Shown here one piece after another: positions 1-11,380 of a stretch of DNA of 64,000 nucleotides. This stretch comes from Octopus bimaculoides (taxonomy: Eukaryota): NCBI RefSeq assembly GCF_001194135.2, contig NC_068987.1:24603517-24667516 (forward strand), written 5' to 3'. Both the position numbers and the translations under genes were made by a program. How positions within the stretch are numbered: position 1 is the first letter of the stretch; each line of letters begins with the position of its first letter. Below the pieces are notes generated by a model. It was not told the DNA's origin. It saw only the letters and a program-made list of their open reading frames with translations, and made no database searches.

Positions 1-54
1 CAGTTTATTGCCCAATGATTGAAGGATACTCTTAAATGGACTGGTTATGCTGCA

Positions 55-420
55 CTGGCATAGGCCATGGATACGGTCTCATTTATCTTATTGGGTCTTC
101 TCAAGCACAGCATATCTCCAAAGGTCTTGGTCACTTGTCATTGCCTTGGTGAGGCCTAATGTTCAAAGGTCGTGTTTTACCACTTCATCCCAGGTCTTCC
201 TGGGTCTGCCTCTTCCACAGGCTCCCTCTATTTCTAGGGTGTGACACTTTTTCACACAGCTGTCCTTATGCATATGCTTACACACTGTTGTATGCACACT
301 GAAGTTCCCAGTTAGCCTTCCTTTGATATTACTGCACCTCTTATGTGTCCATAGCTTACACTGGGTACATCTTATGGAGTTTCTACCTACACCTTTTCTA
401 CAGATTGAGCAGGGCATCTA
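55..420 (-). mobile_element. RTE-clade LINE fragment, internally deleted
   Basis: Minus frame CSICRKGVGRNSIRCTQCKLWTHKRCSNIKGRLTG is joined directly to the RTE C-terminal motif GRGRPRKTWDEVVKHDL. It is homologous to 9060-9120. Confidence 0.8.
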
Positions 421-727
421 CCTGAAGGGATTTGTAATTTGTCTGCCTTCCAACTTATTAAGACTTTGGTTTTAGCTAGGTTGACTCTAAAGCCCTTTGA
501 TTCTAGACCTTGCTTTCACACCTGAAACTTCTCCTTTAGTTCTGATAGTGACTCAACTATAGGTTGTCACCCATCTCTACAGTGGTGGTAAAAATATTTA
601 TTAATCATGCACATACCTTCATAAATTGTTCAAAGTGAAAGTCTTTTTTTAAAGTCTGTGTTGTGTATATGTTGAAAGATATAGAGAAACACACACACAA
701 AACAAAACAAAAACACTATATATATAT

Positions 728-867
728 ATCATCATCATCATCATCGTTTAACGTCCGCTTTCCATGCTAGCATGGGTTGGACGATTTGACTGAGGACTGG
801 TGAAACCGGATGGCAACACCAGGCTCCAGTCTGATTTGGCAGAGTTTCTACAGCTGGATGCCCTTCC

Positions 868-869
<2 letters not shown>
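728..869 (-). mobile_element. RTE-type 3' tail fragment ending in (ATG)n
   Basis: 142 bp identical to 7868-8009; (CAT)n tail followed by cgtttaacgtccgctttccatgctagcatggg. Diverged copies occur near 3500, 6400, 14600, 22400, 35800 and 58100. Confidence 0.8.
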
Positions 870-907
<38 letters not shown>

Positions 908-1050
908 TACACACACAATCTTTGAAGTCTGTGTTGCATTATGTTGACAGACTTGCACTTAAAATTCCCGTGTTTTTAATAAAAACTTGTTAGTTACTAT
1001 GGTGACAACACTATCTATTTATCTATATTTCACATAGATACACATGTGCG

Positions 1051-1081
<31 letters not shown>

Positions 1082-1427
1082 TTTCTCTCACTAGCTTTTT
1101 CTCCTCTCCTTTCCTTTCTCTAGATAGATGTTGTTACAGACAGACAAAGTGAGATCAGCTCTCTTTTATAATATCAGATTTTAATATAAAAAGCAGTTAC
1201 AAAAATTACAAAAATTAATATGTTACATTTCTTGGTAAAATATTCCATAGTTTCTGTTTGCAGTAATTGAATGTGCGGTATGTGTGGTCTTAACAAAACA
1301 TATTTCAGTCTAATTGGACCATTCCAGTCAAATATAGTCATTATTTGCATTTGCTAGCTCATAAAATGACACCTTTTGCATCAAAGTCACTCTTGTATTT
1401 ATTTATTTTCATCTTTTAAACTAACAG

Positions 1428-1703
1428 GTGAACAACGTTGATTACTGGATGAAACCAATATTACCACATGGAAGTTATGCCATTGCCTTTGTAAATTTCA
1501 ACACCAATGGCGTCCCTAAGAAAATTAATTTGAGTTTGAAATATCTGAACTTGACAGAATCTGCAGGATATAAACTTACTGAAGTGTTTGATGGCAAGTT
1601 CCTCGGTATCTATGGACCATCTTCCAATTTTACAGCTTCAGTTGACCCAACTGGTATTTACATGGTGACTGCTATTCCCTTAGCAAAGACTACTCCAGTA
1701 TAA
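1428..1703 (+). CDS. NAGA: Last coding exon of a GH27 alpha-N-acetylgalactosaminidase/alpha-galactosidase (C-terminal beta-sandwich)
   Basis: Acceptor ttttaaactaacag at 1427. VNNVDYWMKPILPHGSYAIAFVN...YKLTEVFDGKFLG...NFTASVDPTGIYM resembles the NAGA/GLA C-terminus (..RPL...A..F.....NFTV.INPSGV). Stop TAA at 1701-1703. NAGA versus GLA cannot be settled from one exon. Confidence 0.8.
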   Translation: MNNVDYWMKPILPHGSYAIAFVNFNTNGVPKKINLSLKYLNLTESAGYKLTEVFDGKFLGIYGPSSNFTASVDPTGIYMVTAIPLAKTTPV

Positions 1704-1756
1704 TGCTGTCAATAATCTTCTAAGGTTTTAATTTGTGCGAATGAAAACAAAACTTT

Positions 1757-1762
1757 AATAAA
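1757..1762 (+). terminator. Candidate polyadenylation signal of the GH27 gene
   Basis: AATAAA about 55 nt after the stop codon, immediately followed by an overlapping second copy. Confidence 0.5.
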
Positions 1763-3908
1763 ATAAAAATTACATAAATATAAAGGAAAGTTATAACATT
1801 AAGGATACTATTACAATAACAAAATAATCAATAAGGTTTTTTTAAAAAANNNNNNNNNNNNNNNNNNNNNNNNNNNNNNNNNNNNNNNNNNNNNNNNNNN
1901 NNNNNNNNNNNNNNNNNNNNNNNNNNNNNNNNNNNNNNNNNNNNNNNNNNNNNNNNNNNNNNNNNNNNNNNNNNNNNNNNNNNNNNNNNNNNNNNNNNNN
2001 NNNNNNNNNNNNNNNNNNNNNNNNNNNNNNNNNNNNNNNNNNNNNNNNNNNNNNNNNNNNNNNNNNNNNNNNNNNNNNNNNNNNNNNNNNNNNNNNNNNN
2101 NNNNNNNNNNNNNNNNNNNNNNNNNNNNNNNNNNNNNNNNNNNNNNNNNNNNNNNNNNNNNNNNNNNNNNNNNNNNNNNNNNNNNNNNNNNNNNNNNNNN
2201 NNNNNNNNNNNNNNNNNNNNNNNNNNNNNNNNNNNNNNNNNNNNNNNNNNNNNNNNNNNNNNNNNNNNNNNNNNNNNNNNNNNNNNNNNNNNNNNNNNNN
2301 NNNNNNNNNNNNNNNNNNNNNNNNNNNNNNNNNNNNNNNNNNNNNNNNNNNNNNNNNNNNNNNNNNNNNNNNNNNNNNNNNNNNNNNNNNNNNNNNNNNN
2401 NNNNNNNNNNNNNNNNNNNNNNNNNNNNNNNNNNNNNNNNNNNNNNNNNNNNNNNNNNNNNNNNNNNNNNNNNNNNNNNNNNNNNNNNNNNNNNNNNNNN
2501 NNNNNNNNNNNNNNNNNNNNNNNNNNNNNNNNNNNNNNNNNNNNNNNNNNNNNNNNNNNNNNNNNNNNTACTACCACATTCCATTTTATCTTAATATGCA
2601 AAAAATAATGAAACCAAATCAGAAAAGTAATATGATTAATACCAGAAATAAGAACAAAAATAATAATAAATGAAAGGGAAACTTCACAAAAAACGTCAAT
2701 GAAAGTTATTTGCTATTTGCATTGTTTGTATGACTTCCAATTTTGTATTTATTCCTTTTTATTAAATCTAACACCTTTCTCATAGTTTTGTTGTTACTTT
2801 TTTTCTACAGTATCAGTAACTAAGTTTATGGATCACCATAGGAGAAAATTAGAAAATGAAAGTAAAAATTTGCTATTTTCATTTATTTAAAAAAAAGTTA
2901 CTTGTTTTATCTTCAAATTGATTGGATCCAGCTTCTCACACTTACCCTACAATGTTATTCTAAAAATAAACAACCATGTCATTGGAATCTCAAAGCTCTG
3001 AGATAATGTATGATTAATTCAAAGCAATTTGAATTGACAAGTATTACATTTCACAGATTAGTCTGAATACTAAAGAGTTGCAGTGATTTTGACAATAACT
3101 AGAGAAGGTAAGATATTAGATTGTGTCCATGATTTATCTATTTGTATGCTTGTCTCTTTGCCTGTAGTATGTGCATAGCTTGGTTGTGTAGTTAAAAAGT
3201 TAACTTTGAAATCAGATGGTTTTGGTTTTAGCCCCACTGATGGACATTGTTAGCTGCTGTCCTCCATTGCAGCTGTGGGTTGATCCTTATCTTGTCAGTG
3301 AAATTTGGTAGATAGAAACTAGAAGCTCTTCATGTGTGTTTGTGTGTATGTGTGTGTGTGTGTGTGTGCATTGTCTGAGTGTTTGTTCTTGTCTTGACGT
3401 GTAGCTAATTCTAAACGAAGTCTCACTGTACAAATAGTGTTATTTGTTTACAGTTCTTTGCTAAAGCATGTCCAGACTGTGGGAGTTAATATCTTGCTTA
3501 AAAGCAAGCGAATGTTGGTATCAAGAAGGGGATCTGGCTATAGAAAATTCTGCCTCAATGAAGTTTTGTCTGCCCCTTGCCAGCATGGAAAAATATATGG
3601 TAAAATGATGATGTATATAGTTCCTGTGTTTATAGTTGTGTGTTGTTTATGATTAGACATGGTGAAGTATAAAACTGTGCTCTGTGTGTTTATATATGTA
3701 TATGAGCGTAGCTCGAAACGTCAAAGACTTGCCGTATTCCCGAGCGTCATACTAATATATACTTTTGTTATTTACACCACCTGTCCTCGTCTGTTGTTAT
3801 TATTTGTATATTCTCCCATATATATATATATATATATATTTATAAAAAAGAAGTTTGAAAACGCCAATATATAAAAACTGAATTTTAATTTATAATTTTG
3901 TCAGAGAT

Positions 3909-3955
3909 ATTTTTAACATGTTTCGGTTCTTGTAAAAACGAACCTTATCAAAAAT
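3909..3955 (-). ncRNA. Minimal type I hammerhead-ribozyme-like motif, U3-A8 variant
   Basis: Minus strand: ATTT-TTGATAA-GGTTC(GTTTTTACAA)GAACC-GAAA-C(AT)GT-T-AAAAAT. Perfect 5-bp stem II, palindromic ACATGT stem III, weak A/U-only stem I. Confidence 0.5.
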
Positions 3956-4288
3956 ACATATTTAAAAAAATGAAATTAAATGAAAAGTTCATAATTGTTC
4001 CTTACTGGTGTCAATAGTCCACGTGGGAGCATTTTTTGTTGGTTGTAGTAGTAGTAGTGACCGTGTTGGTAATGGTAAATGGCAGTGACCTATATATATA
4101 TATATATATATATATNNNNNNNNNNNNNNNNNNNNNNNNNNNNNNNNNNNNNNNNNNNNNNNNNNNNNNNNNNNNNNNNNNNNNNNNNNNNNNNNNNNNN
4201 NNNNNNNNNNNNNNNNNNNNNNNNNNNNNNNNNNNNNNNNNNNNNNNNNNNNNNNNNNNNNNNNNNNNNNNNNNNNNNNNNNNNNNNN

Positions 4289-4325
<37 letters not shown>

Positions 4326-4328
<3 letters not shown>

Positions 4329-5930
4329 TATCTCACAGAAGTATGTACACCCCTAAAAAATTTCACTAAAATTGCCATTACTCTAATAATATTAAAGGAA
4401 ATCAAATGAAATTTATTCTGAATAAAATATATTATACATGCAAACATTTTCAAAGATATGGACGAAATATTAATTTCCAAACAGTACAAAAATATGTATT
4501 CCCTAAAGGATTATTTGCTGTATTCAATATTTGGTGTAACCGCCCTCGCTTTCAATGACTGTATAAAGTCTTCTGGGCATAGAGGCAACTAAATCTCTGT
4601 ATGTAACCAATGAAATCGACCTTCATTCATCCTGAATGATGCCTTTCCACTGTGTTACAGTACAGGGTTTTTTTCTCCTCAACCTTCCTTTTCAAAACAC
4701 TCCACAGTTGTTCTAGTGGGTTTAAATCAGGTGACATGGTAGGCCAAGGCAATACCTTTACCTTTTTGTCTGATAAAAACTTAGTTGTTATCTTTGAAGT
4801 GTGTTTAGGGTCATTATCATGTTGGAACATGGAATGAATGTCTTCCTAGTTCCTTGATGCTTTTCAGCATTGTTTTCTGCAATATGTTACAATAAAGCCT
4901 TGAATCCATTGTTTTCTCAATTATTGTGAGCCCTCCCATGCCAGCTGCATTCATGCATCTCCAAAGCATAACACTTCTGCCACAGTTTTTCACAGTAGGC
5001 ATGGTGCATTTGTTGCTATTTTCTTCACCTGGTCATCACCCTACCTGTTTAATACCATCTGACTCAAACAAGCTGATTTTATTCTCATCAGAAAAAAGAA
5101 TTTTATTCCGAAACTTCTTCCTCTTACTCACATAGATTTCAGCAAAAGAAAGACCACTTGATTTATGCCTGGTAGTGAGGAGAGGCTTCCTATGAGGGAT
5201 GCATCCATGAAGACCACACTGGTTCAAAATTCGGCAAACTTCTGTTAGTGGATACACTCTTTCCCCTAACAGAAGACACTTCTTAAGCCAAAGATGAAGC
5301 AGTACAATGCCTGTTGTCCATCATGGATGTGGTGAATATCATGCACAGTTAAAATAGAAAGATGACCTGGGCGATGTTTATTACTTATCCACTCAGTAGC
5401 TTTGTACTTTTGAATTACTTTAGCGACTGTGGTTTACACTAATATGTATTTGTTTGCTAATTAACTTGTATCCTAAACCATTCTTGTGCAAATCAAAAAT
5501 AATTTTCATCAAATCTTGAGACAATTCCTTTCCTTTAGGTGTCATTTTAATCCCAATGAAGATTTTCACCATGGTACACAAATCAGAATTCCTACAGATG
5601 CAATAACCATGACCAATGCAAAAATGCCCAGAGAAATAATTTATTAGAATTCAAATTATCAACAATATCTGAATTTAGAAAAAAAGTGGATAAAATATTG
5701 AATATAGCAAATTTCCTTTAGGGTGTACATATTTTTATAATGTTTGAAAATTAATATTTTGTTCATATCTTTGAAAATGTTTATTGGTTTGTGTTCCAAG
5801 TTTGTATAATGTTTGCATGTATAATATATTTTATTCAGTATAAATTTCGTTTGATTTCTTTCGATATTATCAGAGTAATGGTTACTTTATTGAAATTTTT
5901 TAGGGGTGTACATACTTCTGAGAGATACCA
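4326..5930 (-). mobile_element. Near-full-length decayed Tc1 (DD34E) transposon with long IR/DR-type TIRs
   Basis: ~200-bp inverted repeats (cagtatctcacagaagtatgtacacccctaaa ... tttaggggtgtacatacttctgagagatac) with an inner repeat of the outer motif. TA on the left; 1.6 kb. Frameshifted transposase pieces KILFSDENK, SVMLWRCM, FQHDNDPKH, WPTMSPDLNPLEQLW. Confidence 0.92.
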
Positions 5931-6033
5931 CATATGTATATATNNNNNNNNNNNNNNNNNNNNNNNNNNNNNNNNNNNNNNNNNNNNNNNNNNNNNNNNN
6001 NNNNNNNNNNNNNNNNNNNNNNNNNNNNNNNNN

Positions 6034-6091
<58 letters not shown>

Positions 6092-6107
6092 GATGGTGCT
6101 ATGTAAA

Positions 6108-6360
6108 TGGCCCCCATGAATTGTAGTCATGGTCGTTGATGGTGCCATTTATATGGTACCAGTGAATTGTAGTCATGGTCATTGATGGTGCTATGTGAAT
6201 GGCATCCATGGACCATGGTCATGGTCATTGACAGTGCCATATTTATGGCACCTGTGAATCATTTTTGTGGTTGTTGCTGGGGCCATGTAAATGGCACCCA
6301 TGCATCATAGTCATGGTCATTGCTGTTGTTATGTAAATGGCACCTGTGCCAGTGGCACAT
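6108..6360. repeat. Degenerate ~44-bp minisatellite
   Basis: About 5-6 imperfect units of gatggtgctatgtaaatggc...gtagtcatggtcatt, abutting an interspersed-repeat tail. Confidence 0.65.
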
Positions 6361-7860
6361 AAAAGCACCCATTACACTCCTGGAGTGGTTGATGTGAAGA
6401 AGGGCATCCAATCATAGAAGCCTTGCCAAATCGGACTGGAACCTGGTGCAACTCTCTGGCTCATCAGCCCCAATCAATTGTCTAACCTATGCCAGCATGG
6501 AGAGTAGACATTAAATAATGATGATGACGATGATACAGTGGCTGCATACTGCATATGTGTAGTGACTGTGTCTTTAGCACTGTTTGTTGTTTGTTGTATC
6601 TTCCTCTTTCTCACAGTTCAGTTATGATTTAAGGGTGATTTCGCTGCTTCTTCTAAAAGGCTGAATGATTATGTAGGGGTTCCCTTATTGACTGTGGAGA
6701 GAGACTTGTAGTTTTGAAGTAACTGAGCAAATGTGTGGTTATGTAACCTAGTATTATAAGTCTGTACATAATCTGACTGGCATACCTCAGCTTGATCTGG
6801 AACGATATTACATTTCTTCCCAGCATGGTTCTCTCCAAGGGACATAACTCTAACAAGCAAACGTTCCTTTATTTTTTAACTTTCACTTTTTTTTTTGTAT
6901 GACATCTGCAAACCGAATGTGGCACTTACTAAACTTCAGTTGCAAAGGTCCAGCACCATACCTTTTTTCTGCCAGCCCTTCTGATGAATGCCATGACTTG
7001 TTGTCTCAAACTATTGAGTACAGAACCCATTGGTAAAATCGGTTGAAATGGGATTACATTATTTCATAAATAATTAATATACCCAATTCTAGTGACAAAT
7101 ACACTAGTACCTGTTATTTTTCTGACTCGTGGATTCTCAGACAACTTGATGTCAACTATCTTGACATCAAGTACTAATTGAAAACAAATATCAGCATCAT
7201 ACAAGTGCTTTCTTCTTGCAATCTTCCTTGAAACCATGTATGGTCATTGTGTTATTTGTGTGGGAAAGAATAGGGGAAATATTACCTTACTTGGAAACAG
7301 GTGAGGGTTGGTGACAGGGAAAGCATCTAGTTATAGAAAATCTTTGACGAATTTTGTTTTGACTCACGCTACATGTAAAAGTGGACATTGAAATGACAAT
7401 GATTTGTGTTTCTTTTATTTGATAGTAAGTAATCATTCTCTGTAATCTAAATTATATTTATAGGCTAAAATATATAAATACCCCTTTTTTTTCTTATGGT
7501 TTGACTTTATGCAGAAAGTATCACAAAACATTTTTATTTGCTCCAAAGTCAACTGTGGTGCAAGTAAAACAAATTTAGGAACCAATGACACATCTAGTTA
7601 ATGTTTCCGAAATTAATTTTCATGTTTCAGTTAATGTTTCAAGTATGATATGTAGCTCTGGTTGGCCCTGCTTAAGACGGCCATGATATAGAACTACCTG
7701 ACTGAATATCAAGTGTAAGGATACAAAACCCTTCACCTGCAAATGGAAGTCATACTATACATAAGCTTTATTTTTTCTGAGATTTCATTGTCCATAATTG
7801 GTGGTACACATTATACACAATTACTTATATAATAAATATGATAATATTCTGCATGTGAAC

Positions 7861-9120
7861 TATCATCATCATCATCATCATCATCGTTTAACGTCCGCTT
7901 TCCATGCTAGCATGGGTTGGACGATTTGACTGAGGACTGGTGAAACCGGATGGCAACACCAGGCTCCAGTCTGATTTGGCAGAGTTTCTACAGCTGGATG
8001 CCCTTCCTAACGCCAACCACTCAGAGAGTGTAGTGGGTGCTTTTACGTGTCACCTGCACGAAAACGGCCACGCTCGAAATGGTGTCTTTTATGTGCCACC
8101 CGCNNNNNNNNNNNNNNNNNNNNNNNNNNNNNNNNNNNNNNNNNNNNNNNNNNNNNNNNNNNNNNNNNNNNNNNNNNNNNNNNNNNNNNNNNNNNNNNNN
8201 NNNNNNNNNNNNNNNNNNNNNNNNNNNNNNNNNNNNNNNNNNNNNNNNNNNNNNNNNNNNNNNNNNNNNNNNNNNNNNNNNNNNNNNNNNNNNNNNNNNN
8301 NNNNNNNNNNNNNNNNNNNNNNNNNNNNNNNNNNNNNNNNNNNNNNNNNNNNNNNNNNNNNNNNNNNNNNNNNNNNNNNNNNNNNNNNNNNNNNNNNNNN
8401 NNNNNNNNNNNNNNNNNNNNNNNNNNNNNNNNNNNNNNNNNNNNNNNNNNNNNNNNNNNNNNNNNNNNNNNNNNNNNNNNNNNNNNNNNNNNNNNNNNNN
8501 NNNNNNNNNNNNNNNNNNNNNNNNNNNNNNNNNNNNNNNNNNNNNNNNNNNNNNNNNNNNNNNNNNNNNNNNNNNNNNNNNNNNNNNNNNNNNNNNNNNN
8601 NNNNNNNNNNNNNNNNNNNNNNNNNNNNNNNNNNNNNNNNNNNNNNNNNNNNNNNNNNNNNNNNNNNNNNNNNNNNNNNNNNNNNNNNNNNNNNNNNNNN
8701 NNNNNNNNNNNNNNNNNNNNNNNNNNNNNNNNNNNNNNNNNNNNNNNNNNNNNNNNNNNNNNNNNNNNNNNNNNNNNNNNGCATGCGTCATACAGTCTGC
8801 CTTTTACTCTGAGTGAGAGTCCCTTTGTCGCCAGCAGGGGTAAGAGCTCTCTAAACTTTGCCCAGGCTATTCTTATTCTAGCAGCTACACTTTCAGCGCA
8901 CCCACCCCCACTACTAACTTGGTCGCCCAGATAGCGGAAGCTATCGACTACCTCTAGTTTTTCACCCTGGAATGAGATAGAAGTTGTTTCCTGTTTGTTT
9001 ACAGTCTTTATTGCACCTGAACATCTGCCACAAACAAAAACTAACTTGCTAGTTAACCTGCCTTTGATGTTGCTGCACCTCTTATGTGTCCATAGCTTGC
9101 ACCGGGTACATCTTATGTTA
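7861..9120 (-). mobile_element. 5'-truncated RTE LINE (middle in N gap)
   Basis: IRCTRCKLWTHKRCSNIKGRLTSKLVFVCGRCSG...EKLEVVDSFRYLGDQVSSGGGCAESVAARIRIAWAKFRELLPLL...KGRLYDAC; (ATG)n 3' tail at 7861-7885. Confidence 0.88.
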
Positions 9121-9737
9121 CTAAAAATACATTTCAACAGTAAAATTGATTGTGATTATTTTATCCATGGTACAAATGTCACTAAGACGAGAGTGAGATA
9201 TGAACTATGAATACAGCATTTATTATTTTGTCACTTTGTTGATTTAAACAATCCCAGATGAGCCAAACAAAAATTAACAGCCAAATCTCCATCAAACCAG
9301 TTTGGGAAGGACACATTGGAAAATGTCCTTGATATACAAATAGATGTCTGTGAAAGGGAAATAAAGGGGCATAATGGTCTGCAGGCCTTTGCTGGTATGG
9401 CGCAAAATGATAACAACAACAACAATAATAATGAACAGAACAAAAAATAACAAAAAGGCAAAATAAGAATGAAATTTTCATAAATTTATTAAATTGATAA
9501 TTCTTTAGAGTGGCTATGGGATCACGTTATTGGCAGCAAAAGCTTGAGATCTGAATGTGTGTGTTTATGTGTACATGCAATTCTCTGTATCTATGTATGT
9601 TAGATATATATATACACACACACATATATATACATACACACATATATATATATACACATATATATATAAAAAAATTAACAGAATGAGATAAAAAAATCCA
9701 TGGCTGTGAAAGATTTCAGAACATTTATAAAGAGAAG

Positions 9738-9785
9738 GTCTTACAGCTGTTTCCAGGATATTTTATATATCCTTTCATCAGAGAT
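9738..9785 (-). ncRNA. Minimal type I hammerhead-like motif (left arm)
   Basis: Minus strand: ATCT-CTGATGA-A-AGGATAT(ATAAA)ATATCCT-G-GAAA-C(AGCT)GT-A-AGAC. Confidence 0.6.
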
Positions 9786-10046
9786 GCTGCGAGAAAATGG
9801 TTAAGAAATAGTTATTATAGAGAAGATATGAAATACAGATTGAAGTGGAGGAATGAAAACATGCTTGGAATGATCAGTTATAAATACCATTGAAACTCAC
9901 ACACTTATATGTATGCTATTCTGCTTAAATAATGGAACCGCAGATACAATATCCTTACGTATCTCACGTCTGTTTTCATTCCTCTACTTCACTCTGTATT
10001 TCATATCTTGTTGATAATAACTATTGCTTAACCATTTTCACGCACT

Positions 10047-10094
10047 GTCTCTGAGGAAGGGATATATAAAATATCTCGGAAACAGCTGTAAGAG
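10047..10094 (+). ncRNA. Minimal type I hammerhead-like motif (right arm)
   Basis: GTCT-CTGAGGA-A-GGGATAT(ATAAA)ATATCTC-G-GAAA-C(AGCT)GT-A-AGAG; predicted cleavage after A10090. Confidence 0.6.
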
Positions 10095-10173
10095 CTCTTT
10101 ATAAATGTTCTGAAATCTTTCACAGCCTTGGATTTTTTTATCTCATTCTGTTAATTTTATATATATACATATA

Positions 10174-10222
<49 letters not shown>

Positions 10223-10581
10223 NNNNNNNNNNNNNNNNNNNNNNNNNNNNNNNNNNNNNNNNNNNNNNNNNNNNNNNNNNNNNNNNNNNNNNNNNNNNNN
10301 NNNNNNNNNNNNNNNNNNNNNNNNNNNNNNNNNNNNNNNNNNNNNNNNNNNNNNNNNNNNNNNNNNNNNNNNNNNNNNNNNNNNNNNNNNNNNNNNNNNN
10401 NNNNNNNNNNNNNNNNNNNNNNNNNNNNNNNNNNNNNNNNNNNNNNNNNNNNNNNNNNNNNNNNNNNNNNNNNNNNNNNNNNNNNNNNNNNNNNNNNNNN
10501 NNNNNNNNNNNNNNNNNNNNNNNNNNNNNNNNNNNNNNNNNNNNNNNNNNNNNNNNNNNNNNNNNNNNNNNNNNNNNNNNN

Positions 10582-10664
<83 letters not shown>

Positions 10665-10889
10665 CAAGATATATATATAGATAGATATATACATTATATA
10701 TGTTATATATGTGTGTTTGTTTATGTCACGCATGTGTGTATGTACATAAGGGGATTGTAGTAATACATAATATGAAAGAAGTCTGAATATAGATACTTAG
10801 TGCTTATTGTTTTCCAACTCTTACATCATGGCCAGATGGCATGAATATTGTAACACCTGGTCACATTGTAAAGAAAACAATATGCACGC

Positions 10890-11329
10890 AGTACATATAT
10901 GTATGTGTGGCTTTGATGAATAATGTCTATATACATAAATGTGGGTGTGTGTGTATATATGTGTGTGTATGTATATATATGTGTGTGTATATGTGTATAT
11001 ATGTGTGTATGTGTATATATGTGTGTATGTGTATATATATGTATGTGTGTACATATATGTATATATGTGTATGTATATATATATGTGTGTGTCTGTATAT
11101 ATATATGTGTATGTATGTATGTGTGTGTATATATATATATAAATATATATATATATGTAATTTATGTACAATATCTATATGATTTATATGTAAAATATAT
11201 CTATATAAATCTATGCATCTACATGAGTATATATGTATACATATATGAATATGCATGGAAATATGTTTGAATACATATATGTATATATATGTGTGTGTAT
11301 GTGTATGTATATATATATGTGTGTGTGTA

Positions 11330-11377
<48 letters not shown>
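10890..11377. repeat. Compound (TA/TG/TATG)n microsatellite block
   Basis: Directly visible low-complexity array; source of the spurious IYIY/CVCV ORFs. Confidence 0.95.

Positions 11378-11380
<3 letters not shown>

Larger units (their letters stand above)
9671..10158. mobile_element. Foldback element (~190-bp inverted arms, 109-bp spacer) carrying hammerhead motifs; putatively Penelope-like-derived
   Basis: 9671-9861 is the reverse complement of 9971-10158 with scattered mismatches; flanked by (TA)n on both sides. Confidence 0.8.

Noticed and set aside
789-815. CTGAGGA-CTGGT-GAAAC in the RTE tail (also ~7929-7955) resembling a hammerhead core
   Set aside because: There is no stem II, no GUH site and no stem I, and the motif is not kept in other copies of the tail.
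6650-7040. Possible minus-strand exons (MGSVLNSLRQQVMAFIRRAGRKK|gt and VMSLGENHAGKKCNIVPDQAE|gt)
   Set aside because: No recognisable homology, weak acceptors and incompatible phases.
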